DNA of 64,000 nucleotides from Parasitella parasitica NRRL 2501 (GCA_025201805.1 MU619241.1:85480-149479); one strand, 5' to 3'. Shown: positions 12,151-24,684, numbered from the stretch's first letter. Notes: generated by a model from the letters alone, not told the origin. Numbers and translations: made by a program.

Positions 12151-12698
12151 CATGAAAAAAGCATCACCACCACAACTGAGACAGACTCGGCAGAGACCGT
12201 TACATTAGTGCTTTCGAAACCGACATGAAATAGGTCAAAATCTCTGGTGTAATCACATTAACTTCAACCGACACTACAGTTGTTACCGGGTCTAAATGCT
12301 TTAAAGCCGGTGCTACTTTTACAACAACTACTGTCGAGGATTGTGCCTTTCCAAAATCAAAACATTATCAGAAATGATTTGATAAAGATTGCTACGAAGA
12401 TGATGGCGATGGCAATGAAAAAAAAAAAGAAGATGACAATTGGGAAAATGAATGATTTCCGTACAAAAACCACTGCATCTATACTGTCTCAGCAACCGAA
12501 ATCCTGGCACAACTATTTATTTATACAGTTAGCTAAAAATATAATCTTGGTTATATATCCACAAATTGCAAAAAAAAAAGTTAAAAATATATGTATAAAT
12601 TTCCATGATTGATTGTGGTTATGGAGCTCGAGCGCGTTGGAGTGATTATTAGTTACTGCTGTAAATGTTTTAAATAGTAGATATATTTTTTGCTTCTT

Positions 12699-14730
12699 TT
12701 AATCGGTCAAAGCGTTATCTGAATGAGGCAATTCCTCAAGTCTTTCGGCCTTAAGCTCCTCGTTCTTCTTGGCTAAGGTTACTTCAGCCAACTCTGTGCG
12801 AAGTTTGTCAATTTCAATCTCAAGAACACGAATCTTGGTGTCCTTTTGAGTAATCAAGTTCTTCAATTCTTCATTTTCCTTACAAAGTTCCTTCAGCTGA
12901 TTCTGAGTCTATAATTATTATTGCGTTGGTTTATGCAAAAATATAGGCGCATAATAAAAACTTACATTCTTCTCGGCAGAAGTGGCACTAGCAGATCCAG
13001 AGGAGGCAGATGCAGTATCCGGCTTGACATCGTCAACAGGCGCGGAAGGCGTGAATTCTTTCTTTTCCTTGACAGTGAAGCCAAGCTCAAGATCAATCAG
13101 CTTAGGATCGGCATCTTTACCCTCAAACCATTCATCAGCAGTAAGAGCAGGCTCATCGCTGATGCAAGGGGGGAAGATGTCGGATTGGAAAGCGTCAGAC
13201 TATAGAAAAATATACGGAATGTTTAAGATCTCCTTGATTATGATATACAGGCAGAGACAAAGATGTGATATACCTTTCTAGGCACAGTGAAAGAGATGGG
13301 CTCAATCAAGGTAGTGCCAACCTTGTAAGCTCTGGCGATTTCGCATTCATTGACATGAACACCACGCTTGGGTAAGAAGCCCATACCTCTTTGAGGGTCA
13401 GTAGCCTTAAACTCAGAGAGAAGGAACAGGTCGTCATTATCGTATTCATAATAACGAATATTACCGTCACTACATGTAAGAAAAAAAGGAGGGGGGAGGC
13501 GTATAAGGAGGCAGTTTTAGCATAAGCAAAGTAAAGCTTACCCTTTGCCAGCAAGATACAACATTTTGGTACCTGCATCATAGAAAGGCATGATGACACC
13601 AGAAGAAGTATCCAAAAATTCAGATTTGATGGGCTTAGCGAGATTAGTAGCGTCCCACAAGTTCAATTGACGATCACTCATGCGAGAAAAGCCTGTGGTT
13701 GCCAAACGGTCTGTCTCGCCAAGCCATACAACGCGAGAACCTTTGATACCTTGATGGCCAGGACCTTCCTGAATGACTTTGTTGGCACGGACATCAAATA
13801 CGCGAAGCTTTTTATCTCTGCAGGTGGTTGCTAAAAGAGACCCATTGTAATTCCATGCCATGGATTGAATGATTTCATTGTGGCCCGTGATTTCCTGCTT
13901 TTCTAATCCCTTTTCAATATCCCACAACTTGATGGTGTGATCAGCACTTGAAGAAGCCAAAACATTTTCAGCAACTGGGTGGAAAAGAACATGGCCAACT
14001 TTGCTACAAATCATGGGGTTATGCATTGTTCTCACAGCGTTAGTAAACAAACTTACCGGCCATGACCAGATAATTTCAACACAGGAGTAACCTCTTCTTG
14101 ATTTTCGGCGTACTCTTCGGGGATGTTCCAAATCATAATCTTACTGTCCTCTGCTCCAGAGGCAATAACATAGTCGTTGAAGGGATTGAAGTCGGTATCA
14201 AGAACAGGGGCAGTGTGTCCTCGGTAAAGAGGATAGTTGTCAGGCAATTTGCCTATCCATACCAGCTCAATATGTTAGGCTTTTTTGCGCCGTGCAAACA
14301 AGAAAAACTTACCAAGTTGAGTGTGAGGGATTACAGCAAAAGCACCTCCACCAGAAGCGTTCCAATTAACAGAAATGAAAAGCTAATCATTGTACCACCA
14401 TATTAAGTCTTCTTCTTCTTGATTTTTCTTATTTTTTTTTTTTTTTTTTGAAAAAAAGGAGCATACCTGTTGCAGATTTGTCGCCGTGCCGTATTTTCTT
14501 TTTAATGGTATTTGTCAACTCAAGGCACACGTTATCTGCAGCTTGTGGCTTGATAATCTGATTTGTCATTTCAGGTTGCCAGCCTTTTTTTGAAAACTTA
14601 CAGGATTTGCCTTGACCATGTTGGTATCCCAGGCATTGGCACTTACACGAAGATTATCATAGCAGAAATCTCGCTTGGCGCAAGTACCATAAACGTGGCG
14701 ATATTTAGAGGGGCGAACAAAGAAAGCCAT
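12699..14730 (-). CDS. CRN1: Coronin (WD40 actin-binding protein with C-terminal coiled coil), multi-exon
   Basis: MAFFVRPSKYRHVYGT, RGHTAPVLDTDFNPFND, LATTGFSRMSDRQ, LYLAGKGDGNIRYYE, VPRKSDAFQSDIFPP and a coiled-coil tail. An additional 5'UTR intron lies at about 14741-14796. Confidence 0.95.
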
Positions 14731-15095
14731 GACTCAGTTGCTATGGTAACGTGTTTGTGAATGAAGCCTTGTTGATTTGCAACCGTTGACACTTACATTT
14801 AGAGGCGAGAGAAATGAATAGAATGGGGAAAGGAAAAAAAGAAAGAAGAAAGAAATTAAGAAACCAAAGATGGTATATTTAAATAGAAACAAATTGAACG
14901 CACACGACGACCACTACTAGAAAGTCCGGCTCTGATCTTCCTTGAAGGCACAATCCCCCTCTTCACTTCAAATTATACATCACAGCTTGCAACTGTTGGC
15001 TTGCATTCGGGTTTGGACCCGTAATTTCATTGTATTTTTGTACAAATACAGATTGCAGCATAACAACGTAAAATTTTATTAGGCGTGTAGTTTTC

Positions 15096-15377
15096 CTAAG
15101 GCTTTGTTTTTAATTTTTTAGAGGCTTGTTCTTCACAAATCGAAGGCTCTTCTTCGTCTGCTTGCTCTTCTTGCTTCTGCTTTTCAATTTCATCCTCTTC
15201 AACTGTAGCCACTTTGCTTTGCTTTTCTTGCTCTAAAATGTGTGTCAGAAATGTGTTTACTTGTTCTTTCAAGCTGAGAATATTGTCAGTCAAGGTTTTA
15301 CTGTCGTCAAGAGGCACCTCTATGAGTTTACTAGTTGTGTTTTCTGTGTTATTGTACGTTGCTGTAAGGTTCGGCAT
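15096..15377 (-). CDS. GON7: KEOPS/EKC complex subunit Gon7-like
   Basis: 93 aa. N-terminal L-T-A-T-Y strand, the helix LTDNILSLKEQVNTFLTHILEQEK (Gon7 'L..LQ..IN.FLT..ME' pattern) and an acidic tail. Confidence 0.7.
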   Translation of the reverse strand: MPNLTATYNNTENTTSKLIEVPLDDSKTLTDNILSLKEQVNTFLTHILEQEKQSKVATVEEDEIEKQKQEEQADEEEPSICEEQASKKLKTKP

Positions 15378-15719
15378 GGCTGCTTGTATCTAATGGAACA
15401 CCTAGAATTTCGTATTGTTCAACAGGTAAAGCAAAAAGAAGAAAGAAAAGAAAATCAATAGGCTTCAACCCCGCCAAATATTTTATAGCACTCTAGCAAT
15501 GATGGTTGTTTAAATAAGTTGAGGAAGATAACTCTTGGTATGAACGCCCTCCAACCCCAATAATGCAGCATTATTTGCCACGTTACAAAAAGCGAAAGCA
15601 TGCCATGGGATTGTGTTTCTGAACAGCGTATTTGATTTGTCGGACCATATTTACAATGGGCTAAAAGCGATTGTTCACTAGCGAAAAATGGGAGATCATC
15701 AAGCACATCAATAAAGCTC

Positions 15720-16250
15720 TTAAAAACCAAAATACTGGATGCCTATAGAGTTGCTTGAAATGCCACACTTGCATTTCTTAACTCTAACCATGAGCACATT
15801 TACAGCATCGACGCTCACATTGTTATTTTTTTTTATTGAACAAGAAACGGCATGGTGAGCACACAGAAATGCACAGAACTCGATAGACTTGTCAAACTCT
15901 GGGTACCAATTCTCCAGACATTGTTTCAAGGCAACAAATCAAGTGTAAATGGGCAGAGTCGAAAGCTTATTACGATGATTACAAAATCGAATACAGATTT
16001 GTAGTGTTCAAAAATGACCAGGTGGTCGCTTTGCTTGATAGCGAAGCTGCAAGATATCTTTACAATCAGAAACAAATGATGACCAGCTTGAACTCGCCGT
16101 ATAAAGCAAATGCAGCATTGACTACATCATCCAGCAATCAGCATCTTTAACATTCGGAAGACCTTGATGCGCATGATTCAAATCAGCCAAAACCTATGGA
16201 AAGTCAAAAACACTGCGCTTATGTGATTGTGGACTTTATTGTATTTAGCA
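15720..16250 (+). pseudogene. Relic of a Mucorales-expanded PD-(D/E)xK (REase-like) domain gene
   Basis: Fragments TELDRLVKLWVPILQTLF / IKCKWAES / YKIEYRFVV / LLDSEAAR / DQLELAV*SKCSIDYI / TLRLCDCGLY, with a frameshift and stops. Confidence 0.55.
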
Positions 16251-16546
16251 TCACGCCATATTGTTCTTGGTCACAATAAATTCTCTGAATAGTAATAATA
16301 ACAAAAAAGATTCATAATTCACATAGGAGCAAGTAAATGTGTTTGGAAAACTGTAGACCTACTGCACCAATCCCAAGGAATTACTCATAGGACATGGTTG
16401 TGAACATAGAGAAAAAGGAGGCTGCCCCATTTGAGGCTAAATGCGATCCTTTAAAGATTGTGTTGGGCCTGTCAACGGAACATAGACCTAAAGCAACGAG
16501 TATTTTGTATTCGAGTTATAGGTGATGACTGTAAAAGTAACTAGTT

Positions 16547-17287
16547 TTATTGACCACAAACTTCAAGGTTTTTGATAGAGGCATCGAGGATTAATTTTGC
16601 TTTTGTCTCTTTCATGTGGGCATTGAATTGAGCTGCGGAATTTACTTTTGGATATGGCATGTCAACAGGTACATTTTTATCAAGGAACTTACAAAGCCCA
16701 TCCCATCCCTCACCGAGCTTGTAAACATACAGTTGATCGGCAGGTATCAACTCTTTCACCTGCTTTATGTGATTTTCATAGTACATTTTCATAGCCTCCC
16801 TATCCAAATCTTCACCTTTACGCTGAAGAGGGCCATCACAAATAATTTCTTGGACAAGCTTTCTGTAATAAAAGCGTGGGTTACCTTCTTCTATAGGAGG
16901 GGGATTTTTTAAGGCAGGCCAGATGGTATTTTCCATTGATGTGAACCAATCTTGAAAATCTCTTTCAGTCAAGATAACTTTTGCGTCAGGATATTTGGCA
17001 AAAAGATGCTTGTAAAAGTAGGCTCCAGTGAAATCAGCACAAGCATCGTAGCCAGCATATACTTTATCCCAGTCAGCAGTGTCTCTATTTACTGCAGCAT
17101 TGTAAAATAGCTCACTATCTTTAAAATCACTATGTTTCATTTCCTTCAAGTGGTGGCATTTATACCTATGAAGCATGTATTAGTATTTTGCCTAGATGTA
17201 CGCTACACTTCCTCACCCCAATGAATTCATAGCGAGACTGAAGCTGCTGGTGCCTGTGCGGCCAAGACTTGCATTAATGACTTTCAT
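16547..17287 (-). CDS. P-loop sulfotransferase-like protein (Sulfotransfer_4 type), 2 exons
   Basis: MKVINASLGRTGTSSFSLAMNSLG|YKCHH, YPDAKVILTERDFQDWFTS, GEGWDGLCKFLDKNVP..PYPKVN. Confidence 0.88.
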
Positions 17288-17813
17288 AGATGCTGTATAC
17301 AATTGCAATAATATTAAAGAAAAGAGCGCGATACCCAAACATAAAGTTGATTTTTATACATGCAGTAAAGTTAGGACTGCAGGTATGCATTCGTGGCTCT
17401 CCTTATGAATAGCTGGCAAGTTCAGGACCTTGTGTTTCATGGATCTTCAAACAAAAAATATTTCCATGGTTGCACGAGTCTATTAGTACAACTGGCCATT
17501 CATCTTTTGAAAGATGGAAATTACACTCTCCGTGTTTTTTTCGAGCTAGAGTTCAGCAAACTAAATGTACGGTTTATTACGTTATAAAATGGTGCATGGT
17601 CCGTAATGATATAAAGCATTGGGGGGTAGTAGTTTGATGACCACGATTATGTATAATCAAGCTAAATATTTGTGTTGGAGTTATGTTATATAATAAAAAG
17701 TAACGGTCGTTTGAAGAGTATCGTGCATACTTTTTTTGTAGATCTTTATACACAAACCACAGTAGATAAGGAATCCGGGTAGAATCCAGTAATCTAACCA
17801 AGGCAAATGTCTC

Positions 17814-19349
17814 TCAAGTCATGACTGTTCCATCACGAATAGATCTCTTGATACGATCCGACATCATTCTATCCTTGCGTCCGATCAATGATGTAGCCTT
17901 CCCTGTTTGACCAGCACGAGCAGTTCTGCCTACTCGATGCAGGTAATCCACAACAGAAGTAGGGAAATCATACAAGATCACATGGTCCACAAACGTTGTA
18001 TCAATGCCTCTTGAAGCAATATCCGTACTAACCAAAACATTGTGGTCCACCTTGCTTTCTTCTCCATCACCTTCTCCCGTTTTAGGTTGTGAAAACAACT
18101 CCAAGGCTTCGGCTCGACTCATGGGAGCATCTTTATACAGCGCCAAAGCATCTAAATTCTTGGTTTGCAAGAATTTATGCACAAGCTCTACTGATTTCTT
18201 GGTATTGCAAAACACGAGCGTCTTGTCGTCTTTGATGTTCTTTTTAAGCACTTCCAGCAATGCAAGTTGTCGATTTCCTTGGAAACGTTGAAGATCAACA
18301 AAAGACTGCTTCAAGTTTGGCAAGGCTTTATGCAATGAAGGTGTCGTAATCTTGGCAAGTTGAGGGAAAAGTGTATCCAACACATTGTGAACAGAACGGG
18401 GTAACGTTGCAGACACTACAATAACCTTTTCCGGCGTCCTTCTTTTTTCAGCACTTTCCTGCACATGTTTGATAATCTTTCGACAATCGTCTCCCCATCC
18501 AGCATCAAACAAGGAATCTGCTTCATCAATAATCAAATAGCGAGTATCAGCCAGTGAAAGTGTACCATCTTTTTGATAGGCAAGTAATGTAGTGGGCGTC
18601 GTTACTAGTATGTCTATAGGTCCGCTAGCGAGCATTTCAGATATTTGACTTCTAGGTGTGCGTCCTCCCAGTCCAGCAGCACGAAATTTGGTTATATGGC
18701 TCAATCCTTTACAACTCTTCACTACCTGACCCACCAACTCTCGCGTTGGCACCAACACAATAGCTCTGGGATGATCTAATCGTCTTTTCACAAAACCTTT
18801 TGTTTTTTCATCTTGTTTCAACATGTCAACGGTGGGTAATAAATAGGACAAGGTCTTTCCTGATCCGGTTTCTGCTGCTACCAATACATGTCTCTTGCGA
18901 CGATCCAATATTTGAGGTATGGCCAACCCTTGAATCTCGGTAGGCTTAAGTAGCTCGACGCCTCCCAACACTGTCTTTGCTGCAATAATAGTTTCTGAAC
19001 TAAGCCCTAAGTCATCAAAGGTTTTTGTGGCTAAATATGCAGACAGCTGCTTTGCATTGCTAGGTAGTTTTTCAGTGACTAAATCAGGATCCTTTCGAAA
19101 CGAAAGTCGAGCGCTAGGCTTGATGGCTTCTAGCCTTCTTTTTACTGGGACATAGGGTGCATTTGTTTTGGGTTTACTGGTTTTAAGGGCTGTTTTAAGT
19201 AGATCACGACGCTCACGGCCGTTCAGTCCATCAGGTTTCAAATGCTTTGTCAGAGATGAAACATTGGGTTTACGCAGTGCTGATCGTTTGGAACACGCTA
19301 CCGATGTCGTCGAAAAAAAACGAATACAGGATTCTAAACTGTGAGCCAT
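17814..19349 (-). CDS. MRH4: Mitochondrial DEAD-box RNA helicase (Mrh4/DDX28-like)
   Basis: AAETGSGKT, PTRELV, IIDEAD, SAT and HRVGRTAR motifs; basic presequence-like N-terminus; single exon. Confidence 0.8.
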   Translation of the reverse strand: MAHSLESCIRFFSTTSVACSKRSALRKPNVSSLTKHLKPDGLNGRERRDLLKTALKTSKPKTNAPYVPVKRRLEAIKPSARLSFRKDPDLVTEKLPSNAKQLSAYLATKTFDDLGLSSETIIAAKTVLGGVELLKPTEIQGLAIPQILDRRKRHVLVAAETGSGKTLSYLLPTVDMLKQDEKTKGFVKRRLDHPRAIVLVPTRELVGQVVKSCKGLSHITKFRAAGLGGRTPRSQISEMLASGPIDILVTTPTTLLAYQKDGTLSLADTRYLIIDEADSLFDAGWGDDCRKIIKHVQESAEKRRTPEKVIVVSATLPRSVHNVLDTLFPQLAKITTPSLHKALPNLKQSFVDLQRFQGNRQLALLEVLKKNIKDDKTLVFCNTKKSVELVHKFLQTKNLDALALYKDAPMSRAEALELFSQPKTGEGDGEESKVDHNVLVSTDIASRGIDTTFVDHVILYDFPTSVVDYLHRVGRTARAGQTGKATSLIGRKDRMMSDRIKRSIRDGTVMT

Positions 19350-20029
19350 GGCTATTGATTTGCGTAGAGCGACGGAATTCATGTCTTGTGCTAATGTCAA
19401 AGAGGAAACATTGCTGAGGGGCCCCTAATTTTGTTTACAAGCAGACCATCATCAACAGGAAAACCAGTCTTCAGATGTAGCAGTCTGCTACAAACTACTC
19501 GATTGAACCAAACATGCAAGTGATGTTTAAATGGCCTCAAATTAGGATGCATAGATTAAGCAGATATGTTAAGACAACAAAAAGACCATGATATACATTA
19601 ATCAGATCTCTGCAAACACAACAGATACTGAACTCTAGCAGCCGTTAACACAGATCTATTTAAGCCCAATATAGCATGATCGCCTTATTTGGGGCATTGA
19701 ACGCTCAATATAAGATTGCTTTCAAAGCCAAAGGAATGTCCAAACGCAATACTTCTTTAGAATGCGTTACGTACAAGCATAGCTGATGCTCATATTAAAA
19801 AGCCACGATCCGAATATCAAAAAAGTGCAGAACCTCCCTAAGTAACCATTTATCTTACAAGGAGATATTTTTGTAGGTAATATTTATATGTTTGTAGTAA
19901 TAATAAGGTTTACAGAAATAAAAGTAGTAATATAAAGTAATATAAAAGGGGAACAGACGGACAGACAAAAAAACTAAAAAAAAAATAAAAAAAAAAAAAA
20001 TGCAAAAGCTTAAGTGAAAAAAAAAAAAG

Positions 20030-20072
<43 letters not shown>

Positions 20073-20170
20073 GGGAGGGAGAAGCTGATAAGATAAGTAT
20101 AGTAAAATATATATGCTAAAGAAATAAAATATAGAAATAATAATGAATACGGTTGGTCTGTTATAGTCGA

Positions 20171-21886
20171 TTATTGAGCATAGATTTGATTCAATCGCCA
20201 ATCAACATTTTGTTGTTGTTGCTGCTGCTGCTGCTGTTGTTGCTGTTGTTGCTGTTGTTGCTGTTGTTGTTGAAGCTGCGGCTGCTGCTGCTTGTGGTGT
20301 TGTTGATGCAGAAGAAACTTTCTATCCTGTTCAGCGGTGTCCAACAAAGATCTAGTAACAGAGTTGAAAAGGTCGTCGGTGGTTGCATCAAGCAAGCTAT
20401 CAGTTGATAAAAATTTGAAGTCAGCAGGATAACTATGCTGTTGCTGTTGTTGCTGAATAGAAGGAAACGGAGACTGTGGAGGCGGTGAATGCTGCTGCTG
20501 AGCAAGAGGCATAAACGTCGATGAGAATGTTGGATATCCAGCGCTATACATGGCAGCAGGATGAGGCAGATTAATTGAAGGAGGAGAGCCAACAGATGAA
20601 GGAGTCGTATTTACCGAGGTGGTGGTGGATTTTTCATTTTGAGACCTACCCCAAGATAAACGAATACGAGAATTGCCAATCTGATATCCATTCATTTGTC
20701 GAATAGCCAATTCAGCGCAAGAACGAGAGACGTATTGAACAAACCCACAACCTTTTCCAGGAGGAATCTTCACATAGACGATTTCTCCAAAATGCTGGAA
20801 ATATTGGCGCAACTCTTCTTCGCAAATTGGAGCAGATAATCCACCAACAAATACGGTTGTGTTGCTCGACTGATTCATGGGCATCATCTCTTGCTTGTAC
20901 AATGGTGATTGCAGATGTTGCAACAATGGTGATTTATTGGGAGACGTCAAGAGCGAACAAGAGGACGGAGTAGACACAGCTGTACTTGCAAACGTTTGCT
21001 GCTGCTGTTGTTGCTGTTGTTGCTGTTGGTGCTGCTGCTGTTGTTGTTGAAGCTGCAGCTGCTGGAGCAGTTGCAATTGCTGAGACTGAGATTGCAATAA
21101 AGGCTGCTGTTGCTGAGAAGGCCTGTTCTTTGGTGTTGCAACCGAAACGCGAATAGCACGAGAACCGATAAAGTATCCTTGCATTTCAAGCAAAGCTCTT
21201 TGCTGATCCAGCTGCTCTGCAAAACGAACAAACCCATAACCGCGAGTCATTCCTGTCCTAGGGTCTGTCATGATTTTAGCAGATTTGCAAGACATGTATC
21301 GTGATTGAAATGCAACCAAAAGATCAATTTCAGTAGTTTCAGGGCTCAAATCGCCCACGAAAATAGAGTATTCTGGTTGTCTGTCCTCTCTGCAATCAAA
21401 GGAGGTCAACATTAACATTTGGTTATAAAACATGCGGTCGTACGTACCTTCTGTCGATAAGACCACCGCCAGACGCCCAGTTCAATTTAAACGGCTTGAG
21501 AGAGTTAGGCATCAACACACCATTGTAGCTGTGCATGGCCCGTCTTGCAGCAACCGCAGTACCGAAATCAACAAAGGCGTAGCCGGCGCTAATACTGCTT
21601 TTACCAGTTAGCACAGCACACATTACAACACGCTATTTTCACACTGACTACTTTACCCTGTTACTTTGTCTCTAATCACTTTCACCATGACTTTTTCGTT
21701 CAAATTAAACCACAACTGTTGGATATAAACTTCATCTTGCCACTGTTCAAGTTCTCCCATCCTAGCACATGTTGTTAATAAAGAAAAAAATCGTCATTTT
21801 GTTTGATAGAGTGAAATTTACCAAAGAGTTGTCTTTTGTTGTTCATTAGGAACCAGTTGAGAATTCAACTCAAATGGATAAGACAT
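20171..21886 (-). CDS. Three-RRM RNA-binding protein (Nam8/Ngr1/TRNAU1AP-like) with polyQ tracts
   Basis: KTTLW|MGELEQW, GYAFVDF, FKLNWASGGG, EYSIFVGDL, RGYGFVRF, NTTVFVGGL, KGCGFVQY, RIRLSWGRS; three introns. Confidence 0.92.
20209..20305 (-). repeat. CAA/CAG polyglutamine repeat
   Basis: Long (TGT/TGC)n run on the + strand; a second tract lies at about 20995-21115. Confidence 0.9.
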
Positions 21887-22040
21887 GTAGCGAGGTAGAG
21901 AAAAAGAAAGCCCTCTTTTATTTTATTTTTTGTGTGTAGTATTGAAGAAAAGAAAGCGGTAGAAGGAATATCAAAAAAATTTTAAAGGATATCAAACGGT
22001 GTCAGACACTAAATTCTATAGGTGGGAAAAACAGATTTGA

Positions 22041-23330
22041 CTATGCTGCCAGTCTTGATTTTTTAATGACGCGAGTAAATCCAAAATTGGCGTTGCTGGC
22101 CGTAGCAGTGTTTCTGCGTTTCTTGCTGTTGAAAGACGTCGATGTTATACATTTGTTGATAAAAGTAACTGCTGCCTCTGTATTGAGATCGATGGCACGC
22201 ACGGGGTCGATTTGGAAGGGAGACCTAAAGTCAAACAGCGTAAAGTATCGCAACACGAGCAATACATCAGACTGATGCTGGTGTTCAGTTCCGTTCAGCG
22301 TCAGGCAGATACTTTGGCTGGAGCAGGTTGAGCTATCAATTAGTTCCTTCACAGACTCAAAGTTGTCAGGCCAGAATGTAAATTGTTCGCTCAGTATCGC
22401 AATCACTGGTTTTTTTATTTGAACTTGTTTGTCCACCATCATCATCAGCGGTTGTGCCCAGGGATCGAGTAGGACCCCACATTGGAATCTGCAGTTTTTC
22501 GCATTCAAAACGAGCATCTATACGTACACATTGTAAGCATGTCAAAATGTATTTTACAGCAATTCTGTCGCCTAGTTACCGTTGTTGCTCCTCCAAAGCT
22601 ATGGCCTGCCATCACCAAGGATTTCATATCTAGCTTGCCTTTAAGCTGTGGTGCATTTGCCTCATTCAGCCCCTTTACAGCAATTTCGTCTAGACCAGCT
22701 ACACACAAATCAACTTCAGACACTCTATGTCGAAGTTGGTGATGCCTGAACCCCCAAATTTCAGGGGGAACGTTATCATATTGTATCCATTCATCATCAA
22801 TGCCTTTTGCTAAACTTGCAGATCCATCTCTATGCTCAATGGCTACAACCACAAATCCGTGGCTGGCCAGATCAGAGCAAATGCTTGAATAAATTAATCG
22901 ATTGCCACCAAGGCCATGCGAAAATACAACAACTGGAAATGGCCTTTTTTGGTCATCTAGTATTTCTGCATCTTTATAAAATCGTGTTTTCTTGATGGAC
23001 GCCAACCCCGACAACCAATTTGATAGAAATGCCGGCAATTTAGCAATATCACACAATGCTACATACCGTCTCATATTAGCGTCCTTATGTTATGATGATG
23101 TTCAACAGCTTGCATAAATACAAACCTTTGGCGTATTGTGAGTCTGTAATCCAATTGGCTTTATGGTCATATTTTTTAATATTTGCAGGATAATATAGTC
23201 GCATCAATACAGATCTCGCCAACGACTTGTTATTATCAACTGCGGGATTTCTATTCTTCCATTCAATGTCGTGGCAACCAACAGCAAATTTACCAGTTAA
23301 AGAAGGGAAATTGGCTAATATTAAAGACAT
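22041..23330 (-). CDS. Platelet-activating factor acetylhydrolase II family alpha/beta hydrolase, 3 exons
   Basis: LTGKFAVGCHDIEW, RLYYP, FPVVVFSHGLGGNR, ASHGFVVVAIEHRDGSA, nucleophile elbow GHSFGGAT, LDPW. Confidence 0.92.
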
Positions 23331-24684
23331 TTTTTTTGCATCTAAATAGCAAGGTTTATAGAGAAAAAAGAACAAGAGTTATCTTCGCGTAATATTATAT
23401 ATATATTCAATCATCATGCCGAATTATCATATCATTTTGAAGCAGGAACATTCATCCATGTCAGATGAATTCATTTAAAAATCAAAGCCATCTCTCCGGC
23501 TTGATTTCGGCCAGGTCAATTTTGCCCTGAATTGATCAATGACTCACAAAAGTTAAAGATCAAGGGTTCAATAGCTCATTGTAAGTTCTCGACCAATTTG
23601 ATTCTTGAACCAATATTGTCAAGTTTATTGTAGTACCCAGGGATGCATAACGCTTCTTCTTTCTGCCCATCAATTTAGCCTAGATTCAGTTTCTAAATAT
23701 ACTGAAAACATAGTAAACATTATTGTTCTTGCCATCGATATATATTTTTATCTAAATTTTACTACAGTTGCATGCTCTGCGGTTATAGTCGAGTCAAGGT
23801 TATAAATCTAGTGGTAATTCTACCGGATGTGGATATAAACATCCTCGGCATTTGACGTTAAATCTACATTCACCAAAGTACATGTATAAAACGCTTTTGT
23901 TTCAACTACTGTGATATGTAGCGTACATATATGATACACGACATGTGTTGGGAAGGCATATACTGTAATTTCTCGTCTAGAACGCCTTCCTGCATCTGTT
24001 CAACCCAAATTAGCATATCCCCTGACACTGTTTGCCGTTCCTGAAGACCGTAATGAACTTGAACATTCAACTGTGCATCTAAATCATGTGGAAAACATCT
24101 CTATAATTTCCACTAGAACGAAAAATCATGTAGAGCAATTTTTCTTCTCTTTTCAGAATATATGGAAATCAGCTCTTAAAGAGACGTATACTTCGGCTTA
24201 TTCTTATCAGAACAATATCCATCTTTCGGCTTATACAAACGAGCATCATCTACGTTCCAAATTATATTGTAATTTTAGATATATCTGCATTTGTTCGCAT
24301 GATGAATGATGCTCGATGCAGATATATTAAATTCATTTTAATTCTAGTTGACAACACTGCCTCGAGACATAACAAATAATATACACATGTACATAAACTG
24401 TACAATAGAGATGATACCATGCAATGTCAAGCCTATTCTTCTAATTTGGCAAAACATGTAGTAAGCAACACACATACATATCAATCGCTTTTTTGCCTTC
24501 TAAAAAAGAACAAGTTATTTTATAAGCAAACAGTATAGTTTCTTTCTTTTTTTTTCCCGTTGTTTTACTGTTATACATGATAAAAAAATGGGGTGGGGGT
24601 GGAGTGGGATAGAAAGAGGTTCAGTGAGTCAGGATTATAGGAAAGCAGAGTGTTTTTTTTATGTAATACATTTTATAAGATCAT

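Noticed and set aside
2668-17287. Sulfate permease plus sulfotransferase as a sulfur gene cluster
   Set aside because: They are separated by 11 kb of unrelated housekeeping genes.
20010-20407. Poly-Phe/poly-Leu ORFs
   Set aside because: Translations of homopolymer runs and of the antisense of the polyQ tract.
23560-24070. Protein-like minus-strand fragments (e.g. VSGDMLIWVEQMQEGVLDEKLQYMPSQH)
   Set aside because: Short, stop-interrupted and unassignable to any family.
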